Positions 21,546-34,184 of a stretch of 64,000 nt of DNA are shown piece by piece. A model generated the notes under the pieces. It made no database searches. It saw only the letters and a program-made list of their open reading frames with translations, and was not told the DNA's origin. The DNA is from Caecitellus pseudoparvulus. Taxonomy: Eukaryota; Protista; Bigyra: Bicosoecida. The stretch spans positions 370,647 to 434,646 of the forward strand of contig CBFFRQ010000078.1 in the NCBI GenBank assembly GCA_965644315.1. The letters are read 5' to 3'. Positions within the stretch are counted from its first letter, which is position 1, and each line of letters opens with the position of its first letter. The translations under genes and the position numbers were made by a program.

Positions 21546-24500
21546 TTATTCAGCGGCACCCTGTGACTGCCTAGGACCCCTTGCAGCTGCCAGGGCAGTG
21601 TCCACAGTGCTGGGGTGTGGCAGGTCCAGTGCGGAAGGTGAGATGCCGTGGCGAGTCAGGAGAGCGGAAACGCTCTCCGCCGCCTCACTCTGAGAGGTAG
21701 CAAGGTGTGCCAGCGCCGACTCGGCCGCCTCAGTTGCGACGGTTCCGTGCAGCACAGCGCGCTCAGCCGCTCCTTCTGCTTCGGCTGTTCCTGGCGCGTT
21801 CTTGCTCTTCTTGCCGCTCTGCCTGTGTGCGTGCTCACGCATCGCCAGCAGCTCCACCTCGGGCGTGACGCCAGGCACCTCAACACGGGGCAGCGGTGTG
21901 GGCAGCTCTGCAATGCATGCCAGAAGGTGGGCATCGGAGTCACACACCTGCTGCAACGCAGCACGCAGCGCATCGGCCACTGGCGGGGCGATTTCTGCCA
22001 CCACATCGGCACAGGCAGCAAGTGCACTGCGGAGCTCAGCACCGTCCACTTGCCAGCGAGTGTGTGGCAGAGCGTGCAGCAGGGCCGCTTCCGCCTGGCG
22101 TTGTTGGCGGTCACCGCCTGGTTTGCGGTGCGCAGCCGCTTTGCGCTGCTTACGTGCTGCCCGGCTCGCCTTCTTCCGCACATCCTTGGACACGCGCTTG
22201 GCCATGCCTTCGCTGTCAAAGCCGCCTGACGAGCGGTCGAAGGTGATGGAGGCGTACTCTCGCCGAGGACGATGCGAAAACTGTCCATCTGTGCGGGCAG
22301 TGCCCACTGTGCCGGTGGAAGCGGCCGAGGCGACGGACAGCAGGTCAGAGGCGTCTGTGACTGCAGAACGCACGCTGGCGCGTGACTTTGTGCTGGCAAG
22401 GGAGGCGTCAGAGGCGGAGGACCACACGGAGCCGGCGATGGAGGAAGCGTCGCTCCACACTGACCCGGCATCGTCCCAATCTGCCCCTGCGCCCCCCTCG
22501 CCGCCGGCGGCACCCCCTCCGCCAGTCTCCGCGGCATCGGCCGCCGCTGCTGCCGCTGCAGCCGTGACGGCGTCCGAGATGGCCACGAGGTCGTGCAAGG
22601 GCAGCTCACTGCGCAGCGTGCGCACTTCGCACAACGTGCCGGCGGCCTGCTTGGCAGTGTCCCCTCTCCGCACATTGCCGGCGCACCAGGCTTTGGCGGC
22701 TGCCAGTAGAGCAGGAGTGAGAACACACAGCAGTGCCTGGTCACTGCCGCCAGCGCGCTCGAGTGCAGCGGCGAAATCTGGCATGGGGGAGACGGTGAGG
22801 GACTGAACGGTGGGCAGACTCGCGGGGGTGGGCTCAGCAGCGCTCTCTTTGGGCCAGCCTGCTGCTGCGGCAGCGGCGGCCTCCGCCTCCCCTCGGGGCA
22901 TGCCGCACAGCACCGCCACTTGCATGGGCAGGGCTGCCACTGGGCTGGAAGCGAGGTGGCTGGCAACGTCTGCAGCCACTGCCACCAGCTGCCTGATGGC
23001 GTGGCGGTGCAGCAGCGGGTGCGGCATGTGCGGAGGCAGGGCTGGGGAGGGGTTTGTCAGGGCGGTGCAGGCGTTGTCGGTGTACTGCCCCGCAAGAGAC
23101 GTCACATGCCGCAGCAGTGCATCCAGCACGCCCTGCACCGCGGCAGTGCGGTGGGGTAGACATGCCGGCACACCTGCAGCCGTGTCAGCGCCCCCCACTT
23201 CCGGCCCCCCCTCGCGGGCGACACCCCCCTCCACTTCAAAGGCGCCCTCGCCATCGTCATCGTCCCCGAACAGCCCACCAGCACCCCCCTGCGCAGGGCG
23301 CGAGCTGGGCGCCTCCAAGTGTGGATGTGTCTGCAAGGCATGTGCTAGGGCCTGCACAGCTGCCACGGGCAGAGCGCTGGTGTCCAGGATGCCTGAGGGG
23401 TACAAGCGGGCCAGTGAGAGGAGGTGGCTGACAGGGGGCGGCTGCAGGGGCTGCAGTGCAGCCAAGGCAACTGCACGCGTCTGCAGCACGCGGTGGTACC
23501 GTGCCGCCCCCAGTCCATCCCCTGCCACACCGCCTGTGCGGGCAGCACTGCCGCCAGCTGTGATGGAGCCAGTCACTTCTGCGGCGCTAGCGCTCCACAG
23601 CAGACTCAGCATGCGGTGTGGCAGGGCAAGGGGCGTTCCCTGCAGTGCAGCCACAGCTTCAGGCAGGCGCCCGTGTGTGAGGGCAATGGCGAGGAGGGTG
23701 GTGAGGGGCGCTGCAAGGGCTGCATCCACCTCCCCCGCCGCGCCCCCCACAGGCCACACACGCGCCACCCAGCTGGGCGCTGGCAGCCGGTCTGGCAGCA
23801 GACTGTCCAGGGCCAGAGCCCACGCTGACGGCTCTGCACCTGCTGTCTGCAGGGCGGCACAGGTGGTCTGGGCGGCGGCAGTGGCAGGTGTGGGGGCCAA
23901 CACGTGCAGTGCAGCAGCACAGGCACGCCACTGGTCTGCCGTGGAGGCTGAGGCCAGGGCGTGGGCGGTAGCAGTTGCGGCATGCTCGACGGCGCGAGGC
24001 CACCGACTCAGCAGCGCGTCCACAGCATAGCAGGCGTGGGCTGAGTGCTGGCGGGCGAGGTTGACGAGGCGCTGCAGGAGGGGCACTGTGGACCGGGGGT
24101 CGCGTCCGACGCACTCTGCGACCAGCTGCATGAGGCCTAGATCGTACGTGGCCAGTGCTTCCTCCCACAAGGCATCAGCAGACACGAGCACTGCGAGGTA
24201 CTTCAACGCACTGGCGGGCGTGACGCTCCCCTTGGGTGGTGGGGGTGACTCGGCCGCCCCCGCTTGCTGCTGCAGCAGCTGCCGCACCGCCTGCAACGCT
24301 GCACCCACATCGGGGGGGCTCTGCTGCGTGTACGTGGTGAGCAAGCTCAGGAAGAGGGGTGGCGGGGCGGGGCCGGCCATGGCGGGCAGTGCGAAACGCA
24401 TGGCGGCGCGGAGGGTCACTGCGACGCGGCTGCGGTTGTCGCACAAGTCAACGTTCGAACTGCAAGCCGCCTGCTCAGCCTCCAGTGCTGCCTGCCAGGC

Positions 24501-27496
24501 CGCCGCGTCCACCCCAGGTGGCGAGTCCTCAGGCACGGGCTTCGCGTCGGGGGGGGGTGGGTACTTGGTGTCCGTAACTCGCTCCCGCCCCACCGCAGTG
24601 AGCAGCAGGTCCCAGCGGTCACTGGCGGTGACGGGCAGCTGTGAGACTGCTGCCGGCGCCCAGGCACGGAAGGCGGCCGGGTCGTGGTCCGCCACCAGGG
24701 CCATGTCGATGCGGTGGCGCCGACACACTTCAATTGCCTGTCCGAACTGCCGGGTGTCCAGCAGGTGCCGGACCAGGGTCAGTGTCAGTACACGGGGTGA
24801 CACGGCTTCCAGGTTGCCGCGGGGAAGCTGCAGCACTGCACGTGTGCCAGCGGGAGTCAGGGCCACCAAGCGCGCCCCACGCTCGACACTGCGTGCGCCA
24901 GCGGCGTCCCACGCCCCCGCTGCCGCCACAGCCGCACCCACCTGCACAGACACGGCATTCTGGAAATCTGCAGAGCCAGGATCGGAGCCATGCGCTATTT
25001 CTGATGCCGCGGGTGGTGGAGCTGCCGCCGTGTCAGATGTGGGGGGGGGTGCTGGGGCTCGCAGGACGGATGTGAGGGGGGTGTCGGAGGGCGCAGTGTC
25101 TGGGCGGGGAGTGTCTGTTGCTTGCAGCAGCAGTGCGAGGGTGTGGCGAGAGACACACGCCAAGCGCGCAACGGGGCCTAGCGTCGTGAAGAACAGGAAC
25201 GCAGCCTGGGCAGGCGTGGAAGTAGCTGCGCCGCCACCTGCCATGGTGTGTGTCGCGGCTGACGAGACTGAGGGTGACAGCAGCACGTGGTTCACGTACA
25301 GGCGGTTGGAGATGGTTGACAGGGCGGCCAGGGGGCGGTCTGCGTCGGCGCAGTCAGAGGACGGCGGCAGGGGGTGCAGGTCCGTGCACACTTCAGGCAG
25401 AACAGTCTCGGGGTGTTCCGCCCAGCCGCCCTCGGCAGTGAAGCCCCACACGGCACAGTCGGTGGTGTGCACCAGCAGGCGCGGGGGACTGGCCCCAGGC
25501 AGGCACACCATGCGCACAGCCGTGCCGAATGCGGCGTGTGTGGGTAGCGTCGCTGTGCGTGTCGTGCCCAGTGGCACGGGGTGGAACACCGCCGACGTCA
25601 CCTCGCCGACGCCCCCTTGCACTGTGAGCGTGAAGTGCACCAGCACATCTCCCACGCCCGGCGCAGGGCAGGGCGCCAGGGCCGCCAGTTCGTACGTGAA
25701 CACACCCCCAGCCTCCGTGGGCAGGCGGCTGTCCAGCCACGTGAGCTGGCGCAGAGAGGCGGGGGCGAAGTGGCAGGAGGGGGGTAGGTCCGGGTGCAGG
25801 GAGGGGGGGTGCCCGGCTTGCACTGTGGCCGAGGCCAGGGACAGAGCGGCGTGCCCCATGTCAGGCAAGGCGCCTGGCAGCGTCGGCTGAGGCTTGCCGC
25901 TGGGGCCAAGAGCCTGCCAGGGCGTGGGCGAGGGTGGCTGCAGGAGTGAGGCGCCCGAGCGAGTTCGAGGGTGGCGGGGCGGCAGGGTCGCACAGGGCAC
26001 GATGTACAGCATGCCGTCTGACGTGAGGCAGGCGGCACGACTGTCTCCCGTGCTGGGCAGCACTGGCGCTTCGAGCAAGGCGGTCGTGGCGTCGGTGGCA
26101 TCGCCCACACCTGCGCCACGGACAGTGCACATCTCACGGTCGGGAGGTGACACCACCTGGGCTGCACTGGGAGGCGGTGCTGGCTCGAACGCGAAGGCAG
26201 ACACTGGCGCAGGGAAGGCCAGGGTGGCGTATGCTGCTGGAGGGGGGGTCAGCACGTACGCAAGGGGGGTCAGGTCCACGCTCGCCCCGTCTGCCAGAGC
26301 AGCCAGAGTGCTCGGGCCCCGTGACACGCTAGCCATCAGCGCGAAGTCCACCTGCTGCACTGCCACGCCGCCTTGGCACCTACTGACGCTGCGCAGACGC
26401 AACGGTACCTCAGCATCCCAGGCCAAGCTGCCTGGGGCAGTGGGTGAGCTGGCGGCGATTGGCGTTGTGGCCGACTCCGCTGACGGCAGTGTGCCAGGCG
26501 GCACGGCCCCTGTGCGGGCCTCGTGTTTGCAGTACCACCTGTAGTTGTCCCGGTGCCACACCTGCACGACACTCCAGGCCTCACTGCCGTCTGCCGGCAC
26601 CAACTGCACTGCCAGCAGCTCAGAGGAAGCGCTCCAAGCCAAGGCAGCACATGCTGCAGCATCGGCTGAGATGCCCGGCAGGGTGAACTCGCCGTGTCGC
26701 AGGCCATTGCGTTCGAAAAACACCACACGCAGGGATCCCCGCAGACTCTGCACGGCGCCGATCAGGGCGCTGTCGGCGGACCACGCCAGGGGCGCGTGAA
26801 GGTCGGGCACGCCGGAGTTGTCTTCGTTGCGCCCCTCGCTGTGCAGGGCCAGGTCGTTGGTCAGGACCCGCAGCATGCGCACGCCAGAAGCGACGTCCAC
26901 GGTGGCCACTGCCAAGTACTGCGCGTCGGGACGCCAGGCCAGTGCGCCTCGTGATCCAGGGGCGGGTGCAGGCAGCACCACTTCGGCGAGCACCTGCCAT
27001 GAGGGCGTCATGACGAGCAGCGCGCCGGTGCCTGTGAGAATGGCAAACATCTCCTGGTCCACAGTCCATTGCACGTCGAGGATGCCCTGCGCAGGGAGGG
27101 GCGCTTGCGTGGTGGCGCCAGCGTTTCGCGGCGGCGTTTCGTTTCTCGCCCACTCACACCCTCGAATTCCCCGATCGCTTCCACTGTCGCGCCATCCCCG
27201 CTCACCACCACAAGCTGCCCATCAGAACAGGCACACAACAGGCCATCCAGCTGCACATTATGGTGCACCCACCCCCACCGTGCGGCAGGTGAGTCTTCGT
27301 GTTCAGGCTGGCCTGGCGTGGGCAGGGTGGCCTGCCACTGCACTTTGCTGGTGCCAGGGGTCACGCAGTGCACCGCCCCACCAGGGGACAGGTGGTACAC
27401 GCTGCCATCACTGTGGTTGATGGCCACTCGCCCGGGTTCACACCCAGGCGCCTCCCAGCGCACCGGCACATCTGTCAAGTGCACCACATTCCTCAT
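21546..27496 (-). CDS. ELP1: Elongator complex protein 1 (IKI3 family)
   Basis: Starts MRNV; LAWRPDAQYLAV, VVFFERNGLRHGEF, NYRWYCKHE, RSVERGARLV, VLQLPRGNLEAVSPR, EEALATYDLGL and a basic C-terminal patch. Intron at 27087-27157. Longer than typical Elp1 because of low-complexity inserts. Confidence 0.95.
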
Positions 27497-27620
27497 GGTG
27501 ACCTTGCACACACGCTCGCGGCCCCGGCACAAAGGCCCAGCACTACTGAAGGGTGCACTGAGTCCCTGCCGTCCGAGATACTGCGCTCGTGCATCGCAAG
27601 CCATGTATTGTGACAGCCCC

Positions 27621-30600
27621 TCACCAAATGCTCCCCGCACCGCCACCGCTCCCTGGGCCAGCTGCCCAAATGCTGCCTGGCGCAGTGGAGGATGGGCCCA
27701 GGCCGGGGGGTGGCGGGCGTGAGCGTACATCTTGAGGGGACGGCACCTGGGGCTGGGGGGCGGGCCAGGCGCTGCCACCAGCGGGGCTGACCCACATGGC
27801 GCCGTTGCGCTGAAAACTGTCCTCCCTGCTGTGGGAGGCAGACCACGACCTGTCATCGCACGTCCGCACCCCCGTTGAGCCTTGTTCGCTGCCAGTGGCA
27901 TGCGTGCCCCCGCCCCAGCTGTGCAGTGTGGAGGGGCCCCCATAACTGCTCCAACCGCCCCCACTGCTGCGGGCAGCTGCGGACCACCCCGCTGGTTCCG
28001 CGATCCCCCCCTGCCAAGCGGCGGCGGAGGGGGGTACAGCAGGTGCATACGGGTCGGGTGTCATGGCGGCCACGTTGGCTGCCCAGGCTGCTGGCGGCAT
28101 TGGCATGGCACCAAAACTAGGCATGTCCATGGGCATGCCCCATGGAGTGGCGTGGGGTGGCGGGGCGTGACCCGGGAAGCCGTAATACGGCGTGTGTCCC
28201 TGCGCCTCGTAGGGGGACACATTGTACCCGTGGTGGACAGGCTGGTGGTGTGCGTGGTGGTGGTGAGTGTGCCGGGGGGCGTGTCTGCGTGAGGCTCCAC
28301 GGTCCCCCCCTCGACGGCCTGAGCCCCCCCCCCCTGCTGGCTCCGGGCAGGGGATGGGCGTCGCGGCACCGCCCTCCCACGCAGCCCGCACGCTGAGGGC
28401 GTAGAAGGTGGGGTCGGGGACAGTACTAGCCCCCTCGCCCTGCTGCATGGCCCCGACGTCCTGTCCGCCGAAGGTGAGGATGGTGAGGGCCCCTGGGCGG
28501 CGCGTGGAGGGGGGCAGCACCAACGACGCCGCGGCGCAGCGCCCCCGCAACACGACACCGGCGTCGCCGACGCCGCCAGTCTCAGCGCCCATGGCGGGGG
28601 GCGCTCGGCTGATGCGACCTGCCGACACATCCACCAGCTGCAGGGCGTGGTTGGGCTGCCCCAGGGAGCTCTTGGCACCCAGGACACTGGCACCCCCCAC
28701 CACCGCCACCTGCATGCTGCCGGGGATGGCGTGGGCGATGTGCCCGAACAGGCGGGGCGCGGCGAAGGGGGCAGCCGATTGCATGGAGGGCGCCAGGAGC
28801 AGGTCGTGCCGCTGCCACACCCAGCTGTGCAGGTTCAGCAAGTACATGGCCCCCACCACCTCGTCATGCTTGTTCTTGCCGCCAATGCATGCGAGGAACT
28901 CCTGCAGCGCGTAGGTGGGTGGACGGGAACCCGCCGGAACAGGGCCAGTGGGGGTGGGGGGCGCCGTGCCGTACCCCACCAGTGGCCACACGCCCGGGTG
29001 CCCCTCAGGCTGCACGACACCCTCTGGAGGCCCAGTGCGCACCCAGCGACGCAGGATGGTGGCCCCCACCTGCCCTGCACTCTTGGCATAGGTGAGCCTG
29101 AGTTTCTGCACCGGGCCAGCCCCGCCGCCTTGCCCGGCTGCAGGTGCGGAAAATGGACGCCACTCTGTGGCTGTCGGAGCGCCACTGCACTCCTGGTAGT
29201 ACCACGCGGTGGTGGGGTGCAGCAGGGCACCCAGCGCAGCAGTTGCAGTTGGATAGGCACTGGCTGGGGCTGAGGGCTGCAGGGCGTCGACTGCGTCGGC
29301 GGGCGAACCTGGCAAGCGTGGCTGGCGGGGTGGCAGCTGCAGAACGAACACGTGCTTGGTGTGCTTGCCGCGTGAGTGGTGCCCGCCGAACACCACCACG
29401 GCGTTACGGCGCTGCATGAAGAACACTGTCTGCTGGCTCAGTTTCTTCACGGCGGCAAAGGCGCCCTTGTCAAAGAAAGCCTCACGAAACGCAGCAGAGG
29501 AGTCGGCGTGCTGGGGCGCACTGACCTCGAACGCGCCCAGCGCACCGCCCGTGAGGTCCTCCAGAGGCTGCAGACAGCCGACAGTGCCCAGGGAGATGTC
29601 ATGCGCCACCCTTTCCTGTGCACGTGGGCATGGCCCCGCGCCGCCTGCCCACTGCAGCGCCGTGGCTCCATCGCCGGCGGTGGGTGTGGCGAGGGGGGGG
29701 CAGGAGGGCGTTGGCTCCACATGTGCCAGGGGGGGGGTGGTCTGACCAGGCGAAGTGGGAACGCGAGGGGCGTGCCCTGCGCCATCCAGCCTAGCCGGCA
29801 CCTCCACCTCATACCACACGCCTTCCGCACAGTCGTACAGCCAGACAGAGTTGCCGCCCTGGGGGCGGTTGCCCAGTCGACCCCCCGTCGCGAGGACACA
29901 GGTGGGGCCCAGAGGCGTTAGGGAGTGCTCGTGCAGGTCGTGGGGCGGCACCTGCCCGTGCAGGTGCAAGATGGGCACGGCACCCCCCTCGGAGCGTTCG
30001 CCTGCGGGTACACGCAGTCTGTACGCACTGCTGTCCATGCCGGGGATACGCTCCAGGTCCAAACCAAGGGGCGGTGCAGATGCACCCCGTGTGGCCATGT
30101 TGGTGGTGCTGGTCAGGCGGGCGTTGGCGGCGGGGTCCCCGGAGGACCGTTTGCGCGAGATGCACACGAGCGTCATGCGGCCCTGTTCGCGGGAAGCCCC
30201 ACCCGAGCCACCCCGGCGCATGCCGCCATGAAGCAGCATGCGCACCTCCGAGGGGCTGTTGCACATGGTGGCGTGTGCGCTGCCGGCGGCAGGCGTCACC
30301 TGCCGCACACCTGACGGCACACGCAGTGCAAACATGCTGGTGGTGGCTTGCGACAGCGCCACCACGCTTGGCTCGGCAGAGGCGCTAGAGCCACTGGTGG
30401 AGCGCCGAATGGCGGAGGCTGCCATGCCTGGAGGCATGCCTGTTAGGGCTGCCACCTCCCGCTCCAAGGAGGCTGCTGCGTCGGAGCCTGTGCTGGTGGT
30501 GGACTGTGACGTGGTGGCACTCTGCTGCGACAGCGGAGCGCGCTGGTGCGGTGTCGCGCCAGGAAGCTGGCCGGAGCCCCGCGAAGGCGAACCATGCGAC

Positions 30601-30906
30601 TGGTACACGTCATCTCGAGCACGTGCCTGTGGTGCGGACGTTCTAAGACCGCCGGTCCCTGCGCAAAGTGCGAACGGTGTGCGTTGCGGTGTGGTGCTGC
30701 AGCGAGCCCTGGGGCAGGAAGGCAGACTGGGCAAGCAGGGCGAGGCGCCACGCACCGCCCTGCTGCGGGAGTTGGAAGGACGGTTCAGATGCCTCGGGGT
30801 CGCCGTCCTCCTGTTCGGCTGCTGGCATGGGCTTGTCTTCCTTGGGGGGCAGGGTCACGAAGGCGGCTTCGCCAGGAAACGCCACCTGCAACTCTGAGGC
30901 AGCCAT
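27621..30906 (-). CDS. Kelch-repeat beta-propeller protein with low-complexity termini
   Basis: Kelch blades HEHSLTP...LATGG...VWLYDC...W, VVVFGG, CIGGKN...MYLLNLHSWVW, RLFGHIAH...VVGG and LTFGG. Exon 1 (MAASELQ...) joins through intron 30659-30755. Confidence 0.72.
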
Positions 30907-31516
30907 GGTGACCTTGCAGCAAGTGGAGCTGTACACTGCACACTGGAAGGGAGGGAACGCTTCCTTATTGCGCGCAGGCACACTGTGCAGGGAACTCTGA
31001 CAACCGCTGGCGGCTGCTGCTTGGTGCAGGGTAGCGCTGGAGCAGAGCCCTGGAGCAAGGCGGACTTTCGGCCCGAAGCACGGCACGCGCTGGCAGGCAG
31101 TGAAGAACACGCAAGACAGAGGGTTCAGGCAGGGTAAGAACTATGTCGAAGTATGAAGCGAAAGGTTATTTGGTCGGAGTTTGGGTGAGGTGACAGAATG
31201 CTCTGAAGCGTGGCAAGTACGTGGCCTGCTGGGAGGTGTGCCGGGAAGCGCCTGCTGGTGCACTGAGAGCCCCCTGCGCAGGTGCCCTTCAAGTACAAAA
31301 ACCTCCCGCAATGTGCACGGTCTTACCCTTCATCGAGCCTCACACTTTCTGCCAGCGGCGCGAGTTTCGCCAACTGTGCGCAGACTCGTTGGTCAGGCCG
31401 TAGCACGCAGTCAATTTCCGCAGGCGCTCGAAGCGGCTTCGACGTGGTCTGCAGCTTCCGTCATTGACGGATTCTGACCACCCGCCTGTGAGCACTCCAT
31501 CTTCGACGCTGGCTTC

Positions 31517-33759
31517 ATGGTCAGGCACGTGGGGCGGTCCGGTTGGTCTCCGCCTGCAGTTCGGGCGCCGAACAAGCAGAAGTCACCCACGAGTGGCGCA
31601 GGTGACTCGCCACAGTCCCTGTACACCAAGCGGGCGCGGCTGCATAGGCCTTCTGCACAGAGCCAGGACCCCCTGTATGCCCTGCTGCTAAGCGCAGCTG
31701 TGGCTGGGTACTGCCTGCGGTGCACCTTCGATGCACGGGGGCAAGTGCTGGTGCCAGCTGACGTTGCAAGTGCTGTGGGATGGGGCTTGGTTGCTGGCGC
31801 CGGTCTGTTCCTGCTGCTGAGGTCCATGCCCGACTTGAGCAGCCGAGAGCTGTTCCGGTGTGAGCTGCGCATGCTGCAGACCACACGCACACCGCTGGCA
31901 GTGACGTGGCGCACCTTTACTGTGCGGGGTGTGCAGTGGACCGTGCGGTGCGTCAGCTCCAAGCACGTGCCTGGCAAGCCGACTTTCGTGCTGGTGCATG
32001 GGCACTCCTCCCAAGCAGGCACCTGGGTGCCGTTCATCATGGACACGCTGGCCTCTGGCGCCAATGTGCATGTGCTGGACATGCCTGGGTGGGGCCTTGT
32101 GCCGGCACCCCTTGAGCTCACGAACGCACGATCTCCAGACGACGTCATCAAGCTGCAGGCGGAGTGCATTGGCGGGTGGGTGCAGGCAGAGGGGCTGTCT
32201 GACATCATTCTCGCGGGGCACAGCGTGGGGGCCATCCTCGCAGCGCACGTCGCAGCGTCCATGCCCGACCGCGTGGGGCACCTGTTCCTGCTGGATGCCT
32301 GTGGCGTGTTCCCCTTCCTCTCACACATGTGGCTGTGGAGCCTCAGCATGGCGTTCCTGACGCCCCACATGATCATGACGTGGGGGGGGCGGTTCGCTGG
32401 CGCCCTCATCCACGTCGTGTACAACTCCGTCACCACAGAAGGTGCGTGCCCGCTCCCAAGGCCAATGCCAACATGTTTTCCGACACACAGCCCCTGCTCT
32501 GCCTCACAGACATCCGTATTACGGACTACTACGGCCAGCTGTACGCTGGCGCCCACGCCTCAGGGCGGGCAGACATCGCCTGGTCTCGCCTCCTCGCCTT
32601 CACACCCTTCACCTGCGCTCGCCGGGGGTGGTGGAAGCGCCCCGTGCTGCCGTTGCTGCTGGAGCTCCGGCGGCGGCGCATGCCCATGTCCATCCTCTGG
32701 GCCGGCGCCGACGAGCTCTTCCCCCTGCCCTTCGCCCACATCCTGCAGGAGCTGCTGGCGCCTGATGTGGACCTGTATGTCCTGGAAGGCTGCATGCACA
32801 ACCCCGCCCACAACAACGCTCTGGGCACGGCACGCGCCATGCTCGACGTCGCACACAAGGTGGCCGCCAAGCGCCGCCGCCGCGGCTCGCCTACCAGTCG
32901 CCCACGCACCCCCAGCTCTCCAGGAGCGCTGTTCCAGCGGGAAACGCTGGAGGAGCGACCCTTGCTGGCTGCAGCGCTGTCGACAGCCGAGCCACTGGTG
33001 TCGCTGCAGCACGTCGCAGATGACGAGGAGGCCATGGCCGAGGCAGGCGCGGCGACTGCGGCAGCTGCCACGGCCGCCGCGCCCAGCCCTGCGAGCCCCA
33101 CCCTGTCCCCCCTCACGGCCTCCCCTGACATGGATGCCTCTTCCACTGACGAGCTGGGCAAGGCGCGCCCTTGCCCAGACCCCGCCCCTGTCCCAGCCGC
33201 GTTCGCCGAGTCGGACACGGGGGAGGTGGCGGGGCCGTACCACGTCGGGTGGTGCCACGGGTGCCAGGGCCCCGTCATTGCACACAAGAGCTACTGGGCA
33301 TGCCAGTGCGGCGTGTGGTCTTTCAACTTCGGCCCGGGTGTGGGCACGGACACGCTGCCGAAGCTGCGCACGTTTCTGCGCACACTGCACTCAGAGCACT
33401 TGGAGTTCGACGCAGGGGGGCAGCACGCCGACATCACATCGCACCACCCGCTGGACCACTCTGCGCCTGTGCAGCAGCACGTGCAGACGGTGCGTGAGAA
33501 GCTGGGAGACGCGTCCGCCCCGACAACTGCGCCGCCGCCGGACCTGACCACGAAACGTCACCGGCCCAAGCCGCAAGGGGCACGTGCGTCTACACAGCGG
33601 GCAGAGGATGAAGAGGCCGAGGAGGACAGTGCACTGCCTGACTTTGGCAGCGGGCGGCTGAGTGTCTCGGACCTGCTGCCGTGGGCGGGGGGGCACCACG
33701 ACTCCTCCCTGCGCGTGGTGTTGACTCGTGAACAGTGGCACCGCCCAGCACAGTCCTGA
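31517..33759 (+). CDS. Alpha/beta-hydrolase (ABHD4/5-like) with N-terminal TM segments and C-terminal CxxC...CxC tail
   Basis: FVLVHGH, VLDMPGWG, nucleophile elbow GHSVG, LFLLDACG, ILWAGADELFP, catalytic His in GCMHNP. Intron at 32442-32508. The start is uncertain. Confidence 0.82.
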
Positions 33760-34184
33760 CTGTGGCCTGACAATGCATGAGCCCACATGTGCAGGGGTCT
33801 GCGGCTTGAACTGGATCCACCTTGGGGTGCGTGGTTCCGTCCTGCACCGCAGCGCAGCCCCTTCCCGAGCAGGGCTGCTCAGGTGGCTGTGTGACTGCGC
33901 AGGCTTACAAATACCTGCAAGGCACAAACGAACGGAGCCAGGCGGACGTCCCCCCGGAAAGGCACGCTGGAGTTGGATTCCACGTTGGTCCCCGTCTCTG
34001 GTCAGGGTCTGCCTCTTGGGAGCAAAGAAGGAGTGCTGCAAAGCGCTGCTGCAGTGGGTGCTGCGCGGAAATTGCACACCTCGCGCAGACTGGCTGGAGC
34101 GTGGGCAGCGAGCCACCGAGTGCTTGCCGATTCCAAGAACTGTGACCATATACTGACGGCGCTTAGTAGCCTCCCCTGTACGAC

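Noticed and set aside
21648-26544. Long plus-strand ORFs antisense to ELP1, and similar shadow ORFs opposite VWA8 and the RCC1 gene
   Set aside because: Expected in high-GC coding DNA; they are Ala/Arg/Ser-rich with no motifs.
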